From: Eledone cirrhosa
Taxonomy: Eukaryota
Length of the DNA: 64,000 nt
Reading direction: 5' to 3'
Assembly: GCA_964016885.1 (NCBI GenBank)
Contig: OZ024748.1
Span: forward strand, 48,422,001 to 48,486,000
In this document: piece by piece, positions 40,067-53,554 of the stretch
Numbering within the stretch: the first letter of the stretch is position 1
Layout of the letters: each line of letters opens with the position of its first letter
Position numbers and translations under genes: made by a program
The notes under the pieces: model-generated
The model's input: only the letters and a program-made list of their open reading frames with translations
The model's database searches: none
Told to the model about the DNA's origin: nothing

Positions 40067-40797
40067 CTAGACCACCCGTGACCCGTTGGGTCACATTTAC
40101 TCCAAAATATTTTTTTTTAAATCATGTTCACTTAAAGATAATTTTTAAATTATTAAAATATACACAGACATGTATATAATGTGAAATGAAACTGGCAGGC
40201 ACATATACATGTGAGTATGTATATATATATATAAATGTGTGTGCTTGTATACATATATATATATATATATGTATGTATGTGTGTATGTATATATATATAT
40301 AAATGTGTGTGCTTGTATACATATATATATATATGTATGTATGTGTGTATGTATATATATATATATATATAAATGTCACTGGACCGAGACCTTTGGCGGT
40401 ACTCAGTAACAGAGAAGACCCGCCTTGCCAGTAGGCATCTCTAACAAAATACACCCCGTCCCGCCACCACCCCCACCCATCCACACCACCCCGTCCTATG
40501 TAAAGTTATGTTGGTGCCGCGCCATCCAGGCCGAAACAAATGAGATCGTGTAGGTGTCACGACAAAAAAACACACAGTCCACGCTGTAATGTGGCCGTGT
40601 AGGCAACACGGTAAAAACCTCCCAGACCCACACTGTAAATGTGGTTGGTGTTAGGAAGGGCATCCAACTGTAGAAAACCTGCCAGACAGTCCTATGCGAG
40701 CAAGACAATCACTCTTGCCTCAAGTGGGACTACCCCCGTCCAAACCCATGCAAGCGTGGAACACGGACGTTAAACGTTGATGATGATGATGATGATG

Positions 40798-40828
<31 letters not shown>

Positions 40829-41235
40829 GGTGTCTGTGATCTATATACACTGGTCATAGACACACACACATATATATATATATAGATATACACACACACC
40901 CACATATATATATATATACACACAACACCACCACCAGCTCTCTCTCTCTTCCATTCTCCTCTGTCTCCTCTCCCTCTCTCTTTCAATATACTCTCTCACA
41001 ACCACTATCTCTTTCACTCTATCCTTCTCTTTCTCTGTTTATGAAGGAACCCAGAAAACCCCATATCTCGGGAACCCGTGGTCCAATTTACGCAAAACTT
41101 GATTTATTCCATTTGTATTCTCATTTCAGGGGCAACTTCCTTTCAAACTATTTTCCCATTATGCACCCTTTTGGCTGTATTACATTACAGAGAAGCAAGC
41201 AAGCAATCAATCACGGAATTTCATTAATATATAGA
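40067..41235 (-). mobile_element. Non-autonomous Helitron
   Basis: Minus strand begins A|TCTATATATTAA and ends with hairpin GTGACCC-AAC-GGGTCAC, 7 nt, CTAG|T; no coding capacity; nested RTE fragment. Confidence 0.6.
40372..40799 (+). mobile_element. RTE family A 3' fragment (deletion subfamily)
   Basis: ORF end [18 protein letters not shown] plus 3' UTR and GAT tail; TA on both sides; near-identical to the reverse complement of 52711-53161. Confidence 0.9.
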
Positions 41236-41256
41236 TAGAAAGCAACAATTTTAGAT

Positions 41257-41332
41257 TAAATGACTAAGTTTCAGAAAGCCAGTACCATGCTCTTTATATA
41301 TTACTGGCTTTCTGAAACTTATCAATCATTTA
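41257..41332. other. Long hairpin (20 bp perfect stem plus 7 bp basal stem)
   Basis: TAAGTTTCAGAAAGCCAGTA (41265-41284) pairs with TACTGGCTTTCTGAAACTTA (41302-41321); 17 nt loop. Confidence 0.85.
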
Positions 41333-41899
41333 TTACATATCTCACAATACTTCATATTAACTAAACTACTTTAATTACTGACCTAACTCAGTTCCCAGCC
41401 TAACACAATCAAATTTCCACCATTTCCTTATTCTAGATATTTTATTAATTAATAAAGCAGTCTCACAGTATAAGAAGAGTTATGTACCTTGCTTAAGATG
41501 ACATCACAGCAGAACAGTTGGCTGTAGTTATAGTAGTAATAGTAGTAGTTTGTGGTGGTGGTGGAGGTAATAGTAGTAGTAGTAGTAGCAGTGGTAGTAG
41601 TCGGCCCCTGGGCAAAGGCACATAACTCTGTTCACCTCAGTGTAACTTGACAAGCAGGTGCTATGCATGATTGCTTAGCTGAAGGAAGAGGAGGAGGTAG
41701 GTCTCTCACTACTTATTAAAATCAATAGTTACAACAATATGCAAACATCAAAATGTGTGTGAAATGTGAAAGACATTACACTCATGTTATCACACAGGGA
41801 GAATGGATTTAAACCAGTATCTATATATCTATCTATTTATATTTATCCCCGTTTCTCCCCCTCAGAGGGAAAATGGTTTTAAAGTGGTGTCTATCTAAC

Positions 41900-41970
<71 letters not shown>

Positions 41971-42131
41971 ATACAACTGGCTTTTCAACATAATACATAT
42001 TGTTAGCACCCCAAACACTTAAATTGGGTTCATATTAAAATATAACCTAATGTTTGTTGAGTGAGATGGTTACCAGTCAGAGTTTAGCTTTAAACTATCT
42101 CTGTTATTGTATTAAATATATATATATAGTA

Positions 42132-42173
<42 letters not shown>

Positions 42174-42206
42174 TTTATAAGGTGAAAAGAGTATTCATAT
42201 TCCACA

Positions 42207-42251
<45 letters not shown>

Positions 42252-42253
<2 letters not shown>

Positions 42254-42363
42254 CATCATCATTTTATGTCCGCTTTTCCCTGCTTGCAAGGGTTGGACGG
42301 GTCCTATTCAGCACAGCATCTCTCCACTTGCCACGGTCCTTCGTCATCTCCTCGGTGAGTTTC
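42252..42363 (-). mobile_element. RTE family B 3' tip
   Basis: LTEEMTKDRGKWRDAVLNR plus CCCTTGCAAGCAGGGAAAAGCGGAC and GAT tail; (TA)n on both sides. Confidence 0.85.
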
Positions 42364-42410
42364 ATATATATATATATATAGATGTGTACCTGCATACATT
42401 CATATCATCA

Positions 42411-42457
<47 letters not shown>

Positions 42458-42464
42458 TATAATT

Positions 42465-42651
42465 AATTGTTTCTACTTTAGGCACAAGGCCAGCAATTAC
42501 CCAGTGCATTACTGGTACTTTATTTTATCGACCCCGTAAGGATGAAAGGCAAAGTCAACCTCGGCGGGATTTGAACTCAGATCGTAAAGGGACGTAACTA
42601 TGCTGGAAAGCATGGCGTCCGACACTCTACCGATACTGCCAATCCACCACC
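42465..42651 (-). mobile_element. SINE family 2, full length, with TSD
   Basis: TATAAATATATAATTA on both flanks. Confidence 0.85.
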
Positions 42652-43225
42652 TATAAATATATAATTATATAATTAATGCATGTGTGTGTGTATACATGTA
42701 TATAATATGTGTACATTCATACTTATATACATATACATACACACATGATATATTTGTCTGTTTGTACACGTCTTATTAGGAACTGGTAAGCATTATCTTA
42801 AAGCTGAATGTTATCAAACATATCAAACATTATAAATAGGATGTCTATCAAACATACAATCAAACATGATGTCGCTATCAAACATACCATCAAAGATGAC
42901 AAACGTGATGTCACTATCAAATATACCATCAAACATACCATCAAACATACCATCAAACATGGTTAATATGATGCCTCTATCTATGGAATATATTTTGGCT
43001 ACTTCAAAACATGGGTTTTCAGAAATATTACCTCTTTTTAACAGGAGGGGGGAAATGGTGAGACAAGCAAGGTGAAAGAGACAGAGTGGGAGAAAGTGAA
43101 AGAGAGGAAGAGAGTGAGAGAGAGAGAGAGGGGAGAGTATACATATGTACTTATTTCTACATGTCACTTCACACCACAGATATATATATACATATATATA
43201 TACACACATACATATATACAGATAA

Positions 43226-43260
<35 letters not shown>

Positions 43261-43283
43261 CACACATACATATATACAGATAA

Positions 43284-43318
<35 letters not shown>

Positions 43319-43341
43319 CACACATACATATATACAGATAA

Positions 43342-43432
<91 letters not shown>

Positions 43433-43628
43433 ATATATACAGATACACACACATATTACTCTTTTACCTGTTTCAGCCATCCGGCTGAGACATATATATA
43501 CATATATACATATATATGTATATATATATATACATATATATATACATATATATATACATATATATGTATATATATATATACATATATATATACATATATA
43601 TGTATATATATATATATATACATATATA

Positions 43629-44000
43629 GCCAGTAGGCATCTCTAACAAAATACACCCCGTCCCACCCCCACCACCCCCACCCCATCCACACCACCCCGT
43701 TCTATGTAAAGTTATGTTGGTGACGCGCCATCGAGGCCGAAACAAATGATATCGTGTAGGTGTCACGACAAAAAAACACACAGTCCACGCTGTAATGTGG
43801 CCGTGTAGGCAACACGGTAAAAACCTCCCAGACCCACACTGTAAATGTGGTTGGTGTTAGGAAGGGCATCCAACTGTAGAAAACCTGCCAGACAGTCCTA
43901 TGCGAGCAATGACAATCACTCTTGCCTCAAGTGGGACTACCCCCGTCCAAACCCATGCAAGTGTGGAACACGGACGTTAAACGTTGATGATGATGATGAT
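43629..44000 (+). mobile_element. RTE family A 3' UTR fragment
   Basis: 3' UTR plus GAT tail, TA on both sides. Confidence 0.9.
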
Positions 44001-45320
<1,320 letters not shown>

Positions 45321-46379
45321 ATCATCATCATCATCATCAACGTTTAACGTCCGTGTTCCACGCTTGCATGGGTTTGGACGGGGGTTTTCCCACTTGAGGC
45401 AAGAGTGGTTGTCTTGCTCGCATAGGACTGTCTGGCAGGTTTTCTACAGTTGGATGCCCTTCCTAACACCAACCACATTTACAGTGTGGGTCTGGGAGGT
45501 TTTTACCGTGTTGCCTACACGGCCACATTACAGCGTGAACTGTGTGTTTTTTTGTCGTGACACCTACACGATCTCATTTGTTTCGGCCTGGATGGTGTGG
45601 CACCAACATAACTTTACATAGAAGGGGGCGGTGTGGATGGGGTGGGGGTGGTGGGAAGGGGGGTGTATTTTGTTAGAGATGCCTACTGACTGTAGTAGGT
45701 TTTACTTTGTATTTAGGTAAGGCAGGTCTTCTCTATTACTGAGTACCGCCAAAGGTCTCGGTCCAGTGACATTGTCTTGGTGAGGAAGTGTGTGAGGTCG
45801 GAGTTTATCAGCTCGTCCCAGGTTTTTCTGGGTCTGCCTATTCCGTGGCTACCGTCTATCTTTATTGCCCTGCACTTTGTTATACAGCTATCCTCCTTCA
45901 TGCGCATCACGTGTCCATACCAACGTAGCCTTCTCTCGAGTAAACAACATCTGATCCCTCTTATTTCTAATTTTTTCCTTAGTTCGTTTATGCTTTGTCG
46001 TTCACGTATATTACTATTACACATCCAGCGGAGCATGCAAGCTTCGTTTCTCTCTAGTCTGCGTATATCCTCTGCACACAATGCCCAGGTCTCACTGCCA
46101 TGCAACATTGCTGTTCGTATGCAGGCATCGTACAGCCTGCCTTTCATTTTTAGGGAGAACCCTTTAGCGGCTAATAGTGGTATAAGCTCTCTGAACTTTT
46201 TCCACCCAGTTCTGACTCTAGCTACTGTACTTTCAGAGCACCCTCCCCCACTGCTGATTTTGTCACCCAGGTAACGGAAGCTGTCCACTATTTCTATAGA
46301 ACCCTCTGCGCAGTTGAAAGAGCTAGTATTTTGTGGGCACTTGCTGCTACTTATTGCTCCAGAACACCGGCCACATGTA
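45321..46379 (-). mobile_element. RTE family A LINE, 5'-truncated (about 1.06 kb)
   Basis: Open C-terminal frame CGRC...FRYLGD...LRWYGHV...GRPRKTW, 3' UTR, GAT tail. Confidence 0.95.
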
Positions 46380-46385
46380 GTACAT

Positions 46386-48643
46386 ATCATCATCATCATC
46401 ATCATCATCAGGTTTAGCGTCCGTGTTCCACGCTTGCAAGGGTTTGGACGGGGGTTTTCCCACTTGAGGCAAGAGTGGTTGTCTTGCTCGCATAGGACTG
46501 TCTGGCGGGTTTTCTACAGTTGGATGCCCTTCCTAACACCAACCACATTTACAGTGTGGGGCTGGGAGGTTTTTACCGTGTTGCCTACACGGCCACATTA
46601 CAGCGTGGACTGTCTGGCGGGTTTTCTACAGCTGGATGCCCTTCCTAACACCAACCACATTTACAGTGTGGGGCTGGGAGGTTTTTACCGTGTTGCCTAC
46701 ACGGCCACATTTACAGCGTGGACTGTGTGTTTTTTTGTCGTAACACCTACACGATCTCATTTGTTTCGGCCTGGATGTTGTGGGACCAACATAACTGTAC
46801 ATTGAAAGGGGCGGTGTGGATGGGGTGGAGGTGGTGGGACGGGGGGGTGTTTTGATAGAGATGCCTACTGACTGTAGTAGGTTTTTACTTTGTATTTAGG
46901 TAAGGCGGGTCTTCTCTATTACTGAGTACCGCCAAAGGTCTCGGTCCAGTGACATTGTCTTGGAGAGGTGTAAGCGTGTGAGGTCGGAATTTATCAGCTC
47001 GTCCCATGTTTTTCTGGGTCTGCCTACTCCGTGGCTACCGTCTATCTTTATTGCCCTGCACTTTGTTATACAGCTGTCGTCTTTCATGCGCATCACGTGA
47101 CCGTACCAACGTAGCCTTCTCTCGAGTAAACAACATCTGATCCCTCTTATTTCTAATTTTTTCCTTAGTTCGTTTATGCTTTGCCGTTCACGTATATTAC
47201 TATTGCACATCCAGCGGAGCATGCAAGCTTCGTTCCTCTCTAGTCTGCGTATATCCTCTGCACACAATGCCCAGGTCTCACTGCCATGCAGCATTGCTGT
47301 TCGTATGCAGGCATCGTATAACCTGCCTTTCATTTTTAGGGAGAACCCTCTAGCGGCTAATAGTGGTATAAGCTCTCTGAACTTTTTCCATCCAGTTCTG
47401 ACTCTAGCTACTGTACTTTCAGAGCACCCTCCCCCACTGCTGATTTTGTCACCCAGGTAATGGAAGCTGTCCACTATTTCTATAGAACCCTCTGCGCAGT
47501 TGAAGGAGCTAGTATTTTGTGGGCACTTGCTGCTACTTATTGCACCAGAGCACCGGCCACATGTAAAATCTATGTTCTTAGTTAGCTTACCTGTGATCCC
47601 ACTACATCTTTTATGCACCCATACTTTGCATTTGGGACATAAAATGGAGTTTCTACCTACGCCTTTCCTACACACTGAGCATGGCCATTTCCCAGATGGG
47701 ACTGCCGCCATATTTTCTTTCCTACAAACTAGAACTTTTGTCTTAGCCAGGTTAATTTTAAGGCCTTTTGATTCTAGGCCGTGCTTCCATGTTTGGAATT
47801 TCTTCTCTAGTTCGGTCATTGATTCAGCTATGAGCGTTAGATCATCTGCGTATAGGAGTTCCCATGGGCAGCCGGTCTTGAACTCCTCTGTTATAGCCTG
47901 AAGGGCAATAATAAATAGTAGGGGGCTAAGAACAGAGCCCTGATGGACACCAACTTTTACGCTAAACTCTTCACTATATTCGTTGTTAATTCTAACCTTA
48001 CTGACTGTTTCTTTATACATGGCTTGTATAGCTCTCACAAGCCATTCGTCAACACCTAGTTTTCTAAGAGACCACCAGATAATGGAACGGGGGACTCTGT
48101 CGAAGGCTTTCTCCAAGTCGACGAAAGCTAAGTATAGGGGTTTACTTTTAGCTAGGTACTTCTCCTGTAGTTGTCGTACAATGAAAAGAGCGTCTGTGGT
48201 ACTTTTGCCTGACACAAATCCGAACTGCATTTCATCTAGATCAATTCTCTCTCTGATTAGTTGCGCTATTACTTTTTCCGTGACCTTCATGACCTGGTCG
48301 ATTAATTTAATGCCTCTATAGTTACTCCTATCTAGGGCATCTCCTTTTCCCTTATAGCAGTTAACGATGATGCTGCTACGCCAGTCCTTCGGAACAACCC
48401 CATTCTGTACGACTTGGTTAACTATGAGGGTGACCGTGGTGTGTCCCACCGAACCAGATGCCTTCAGGATCTCAGCAACTATTTCCGAAGGCCCAGCCGC
48501 CTTACCCGTCTTCATATCTTTGATTGCCTTGCTTATTGTACTACCCTGGACTAACACTGCTGGTCCCTCTATTGGGTCGATGTGGGGGAGACTGTCTTTC
48601 TCCCATTTGTTCTCCTCATTTAGAAGCCTTTCGTAGTGACACT
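46386..48643 (-). mobile_element. RTE family A LINE, 5'-truncated (about 2.26 kb), young
   Basis: Uninterrupted RT frame; 3' UTR with a 112 bp internal duplication; GAT tail. Confidence 0.97.
46896..48557 (-). CDS. RTE-clade reverse transcriptase with internal PHD-type zinc finger (5'-truncated retrotransposon ORF)
   Basis: 553 aa open frame: [63 protein letters not shown]; no native start, endonuclease missing. Confidence 0.9.
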   Translation of the reverse strand: MLVQGSTISKAIKDMKTGKAAGPSEIVAEILKASGSVGHTTVTLIVNQVVQNGVVPKDWRSSIIVNCYKGKGDALDRSNYRGIKLIDQVMKVTEKVIAQLIRERIDLDEMQFGFVSGKSTTDALFIVRQLQEKYLAKSKPLYLAFVDLEKAFDRVPRSIIWWSLRKLGVDEWLVRAIQAMYKETVSKVRINNEYSEEFSVKVGVHQGSVLSPLLFIIALQAITEEFKTGCPWELLYADDLTLIAESMTELEKKFQTWKHGLESKGLKINLAKTKVLVCRKENMAAVPSGKWPCSVCRKGVGRNSILCPKCKVWVHKRCSGITGKLTKNIDFTCGRCSGAISSSKCPQNTSSFNCAEGSIEIVDSFHYLGDKISSGGGCSESTVARVRTGWKKFRELIPLLAARGFSLKMKGRLYDACIRTAMLHGSETWALCAEDIRRLERNEACMLRWMCNSNIRERQSINELRKKLEIRGIRCCLLERRLRWYGHVMRMKDDSCITKCRAIKIDGSHGVGRPRKTWDELINSDLTRLHLSKTMSLDRDLWRYSVIEKTRLT

Positions 48644-48673
48644 ATATATACACATATATATGTACATATATAT

Positions 48674-51600
48674 ATCATCAGCATCATCATCATCATCATC
48701 GTTTAACGTCCATATTCCACGCTTGCATGGGTTTGGACGGGAGTTTTCCCACTTGAGGCAAGAGTAGTTGTCTTGCTCGCATAAGACTATCTGGCGGGTT
48801 TTCTACAGCTGGATGCCCTTCCTAACACCAACCACAGTGTGGAACTGGGAGGTTTTTACCGTGTTACCTACACGGCCACATTACAGCGTGGACTGTGTGT
48901 TTTTTTGTCGTGACACCTACACGACCTCATTTGTTTCGGGCTGGATGTTGTGGTACCAACATAACTTTACATTGAAAGGGGTGATGTGGATGGGGTGAGG
49001 GTAGTGGGACGGGGGTGTATTTTGTTAGAGGTTCCTACTGATTGTAGTAGGTTTCACTTTGTACTTAGGTAAGGCACGTCTTCTATATTACTGTGTAGCG
49101 CCAAAGGTCTTGGTCCAGTGACATTGTCTTGGAGAGGTGTATGTGTGTGAGGTCGGAATTTATCAAGTCGTCCCAGGTTTTTCTGGGTCTGCCTACTCCG
49201 TGGCTACCGTCTATTTGTATTGCCCTGCACTTTTTTATACAGCTGTCGTCTTTCATGCGCATCACGTGACCGTACCAACGTAGTCTTCTCTCGAGTAAAC
49301 AACATCTGATCCCTCTTATTTCTAATTTTTCCCTTAGTTCGTTTATGCTTTGCCGTTCACATATATTACTATTACACTCCAGTCTGCGTATATCCTCTGC
49401 ACACAATGCCCAGGTCTCACTGCCATGCAACATTGCTGTTCATATGCAGGCATCATAAAGCCTGCCTTTCATTTTTAGGGAGAACCCTTTAGCGGCTAAT
49501 AGTGGTATAAGCTCTCTGAACTTTTTCCATCCAGTTCTTACTCTAGCTACTGTACTTTCAGAGCACCCTCCCCCACTGCTGATTTTGTCACCCAGATAAC
49601 GGAAGCTGTCCACTATTTCTATAGAACCATCTGTGCAATGGAATGAGCTAGTATTCTGTGGGCACTTGCTGCTACTTATTGCACCAGAGCACCGGCCACA
49701 TATAAAATCTATGTTCTTAGTTAGCTTACCTGTGATCCCACTATATCTTTTATGCACCCATACTTTGCATTTGGCACATAAAAAGGAGTTTCTACCTACT
49801 CCTTTCCTACACACTGAGCATGGCCATTTCCCGGATGGGACCGGCGCCCTATTTTCCTTTCTACAAACTAGAACTTTAGTCTTAGACAGGTTAATTTTAA
49901 GGCCTTTTGATTCTAGGCCGTGCTTCCATGTTTGGAATTTCTTCTCTAGTTCGGCCATTGATTCAGCTATGAGCGTTAGATCATCTGCGTATAGGAGTTC
50001 CCATGGGCAGCCGGTCTGTTATAGCCTGAAGGGCAATAATAAATAGTAGGGGGGCTAAGAACGGAGCCCTGATGAACACCAACTTTTACGCTAAACTCTT
50101 CACTATATTCGTTGTTAATTCTAACCTTGCTGACTGTTTCTTTATACATGGCCTGTATAGCTCTCACAAGCCATTCATCAACACCTAGCTTTCTAAGGGC
50201 CCACCAGATAATGGAACAGGGGACTCTGTCAAAGGCTTTCGCCAAGTCGACAAAAGCTAAGTATAGGGGTTTACTTTTAGCTAGGTACTTCTCCTGTAGT
50301 TGTCGTACAATGAAAAGAGCGTCTGTGGTACTTTTACCTGACACAAACCGAACTGCATTTCATCCAGATCAATTCTCTCTCTGATTAGTTGCGCTATTAC
50401 TTTTTCTGTGACCTTCATGACCTGGTCGATTAATTTAATGCCTCTATAGTTACCCCTATCTAGGGCATCTCCTTTACCCTTGTAACAGTTAATGATGATG
50501 ATGTTACGCCAGTCCTTCGGAACAACCCCATTCTGTATGACTTGGTTTACTATCCGGGTGACCATGGTGTGTCCCACCGTTCCAGAAGCTTTCAGCATTT
50601 CAGCAACTATTTCCGAAGGCCCAGCCGCCTTACCCGTCTTCATATCTTTGATTGCCTTACTTATTATACTACCTTCGACTAACACTGCTGGTCCCTCTAT
50701 TGGGTCGATGTGGGGGAGACTGTCTTTCTCCCATTTATTCTCCTCATTTAGTAGCCTTTCGTAGTGACACTTCCAAGCTACCTTCTTATCAGCTTCAGTG
50801 ATGGCAAGTACACCATCATCATTAAGGACACACTTCTCCCCAACAATATCACAGTTTTCCTTGACACATTGCCTAGCAATCCTGAACACCTCGCGTTGTA
50901 GAACATGCTTGAACTTTCTTTCCTCTGCTTCCCTTCTTGCGAAGTACACTTGTCTCCTAGCTTCCCTCATGGCCACTTGATAGTTCCCCCATCCCTCCTG
51001 GCCATTTGATACTTCCCCCATCCCGCCATACTTTCCAAGCCTGCTTTTTGGCCTTAATTAACTCCTCCACCTTACTGTTCCACCTCCACGTTACTCTCCT
51101 CCTGCCTATAGGCCTGCTCCAGCCACAGACTTCGTCTGCCGCCATCAGCAGGTTTGCTTTCAGGAATTCCCACTGTTCCTCTATATTGTACGACTCTAAA
51201 TGCTCTTCCTTACTGTCGAAAGCATCAAGTAATATGCTTTTAAATTTATTTCTGGTTGTGGGGTCCTTTAGCTTCCATATTTTTCTCCTGAGGATAGTCC
51301 TCTTCTGCTGTCGAGTACGTCTCGTCCTGACTATGAGGTCGCTAATTATCAGTCTATGTTGGGAGGTGCATTCTTCATGGGGGAGGGATTTAGTATTTAC
51401 AACAGACACTCTGTCACGTCTTCTGGTAAGGATATAATCTACCTGGCTGGTATGTTCCCCTGATCTATAGGTGATCAAGTGATTGTCTCCTTTTTTGAAG
51501 TTAGTGTTACAGATAGTTAGGTTATTTGCGTCACAGAATTCCAGGATTCTGGAGCTTTCCTTATTTCTAGTACCAAACCCATAGCCTCCGTGGATTCCAT

Positions 51601-51820
51601 CATAGCCGTCACAATGTTGTCCAACGTGACCATTTAGGTCGCATGCAATAATTATATAGTCACTGTCGGTTATTTGGGAGGTAGTGAGCATCAGTGTCTC
51701 ATAGAATCTGTCTTTTATAGCGCCAGGCAGTCCGGATTGGGGCACGTACGCAGATATTACTGTCACAGTAGTTCTATTTAGAACAAGTCTTATTTTAATT
51801 ATTCTGTCATTCACTCTATT
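48674..51820 (-). mobile_element. RTE family A LINE, longest copy (about 3.15 kb), APE endonuclease to tail, frameshifted
   Basis: VISAYVPQSG, DLNGHVG, GGYGFGTRN, SQVDYIL, SQHRLII (APE); RT motifs split over several frames. Confidence 0.95.
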
Positions 51821-51826
51821 TATATA

Positions 51827-51858
<32 letters not shown>

Positions 51859-51891
51859 CATACATACATATATATACATATATATATACAC

Positions 51892-51922
<31 letters not shown>

Positions 51923-51925
51923 CAT

Positions 51926-52614
51926 ATAGGAGTACATCAGGGTTCGGTCCTCAGCCCGCTCTTGTTCATTATAGTCCTCCAAGCCATAACAGAGGAGTTT
52001 AAGACTGGCTGTCCATGGGAACTTCTCTATGCTGACGATCTGGTTCTTATAGCAGAATCAGTAGAGGAGCTAGAGAATAAATTCTGGCTATGGAAACAGC
52101 AGTTGGAAGCAAGAGGACTGAGAGTGAACCTAGCTAAGACAAAAGTGTTGATGAGTAGAAAAGAGGATAAAACCCTGATTCCGTCAGGGAAATGGCCATG
52201 TTCGATATGCAGAAAAAGAACTGGCATAAATTCTATAAAATGCACACAATGCAGATCCTGGGTACACAAGAGATGTAGCGGGATAGCAGGCAAACTAACA
52301 GGTAGGGAGAAATATGTATGCAGTAGATGTACAGGGAAATTAGACAGTAGAAGACGCATTGATAGACACATTTTTCAAACGCAGGAGGGTGCTATAGAAG
52401 TGGTGGATAGCTTCCGGTACCTAGGAGATCAGATTAGCATGGGAGGAGGGTTTTCCAAGGCCATAGTATCTGGAATAAGGACGGGTTGGAAGAAGTTTAG
52501 GGAGCTGCTTCCTCTGTTGACGAAGAAGGGTTTCTCCCTGCGTACGGTTATATGATGCCTGTGTGAGGAGCGCGATGCTGCATGGTAGTGAGACATGGGC
52601 AGCAACTGCAGAGG

Positions 52615-52617
<3 letters not shown>
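51926..52617 (+). mobile_element. Diverged RTE LINE internal fragment (RT motifs plus PHD finger), truncated at both ends
   Basis: [39 protein letters not shown]; clearly divergent from family A; (TA)n on both sides. Confidence 0.9.
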
Positions 52618-52697
<80 letters not shown>

Positions 52698-52710
52698 AAT
52701 ATATATATAT

Positions 52711-53161
52711 ATCATCATCATCATCATCATCAACGTTTAACGTCCGTGTTCCACGCTTGCATGGGTTTGGACGGGGGTAGTCCCACTTGAGGCAAGAGTG
52801 ATTGTCTTGCTCGCATAGGACTGTCTGGCAGGTTTTCTACAGTTGGATGCCCTTCCTAACACCAACCACATTTACAGTGTGGGTCTGGGAGGTTTTTACC
52901 GTGTTGCCTACACGGCCACATTACAGCGTGGACTGTGTGTTTTTTTGTCGTGACACCTACACGATCTCATTTGTTTCGGCCCGGATGGCGCGGCACCAAC
53001 ATAACTTTACATAGGACGGGGTGTTGTGGATGGGGTGGGGGTGGTGGTGGTGGGACGGGGTGTATTTTGTTAGAGATGCCTACTGGCAAGGCGGGTCTTC
53101 TCTGTTACTGAGTACCGCCAAAGGTCTCGGTCCAGTGACATTGTCTTGGAGAGGTGTAAGT
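52711..53161 (-). mobile_element. RTE family A 3' fragment (deletion subfamily)
   Basis: As 40372-40799, in reverse orientation. Confidence 0.9.
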
Positions 53162-53348
53162 ATACATATATATATATATACATATATGTATATATAAATC
53201 TATATTTATAAATATATATATATACACATGTATATATATATAAATATATATTTATAAATATATATATTTATATATATATATACATATATATGTATATATA
53301 TAAATATATATATATATAAATATATATATAAATCTATATTTATAAATA

Positions 53349-53384
<36 letters not shown>

Positions 53385-53402
53385 AATCTATATTTCTAAA
53401 TA

Positions 53403-53438
<36 letters not shown>

Positions 53439-53450
53439 AATCTATATTTC

Positions 53451-53554
<104 letters not shown>

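Noticed and set aside
45321-51820. Stacked RTE copies as an assembly duplication
   Set aside because: The three copies have different truncation points and many private substitutions and indels.
51780-52617. Twin-priming inversion between the minus RTE ending at 51820 and the plus RT fragment
   Set aside because: The plus fragment is a diverged family and overlaps a region already present in the minus copy, so these are independent insertions.
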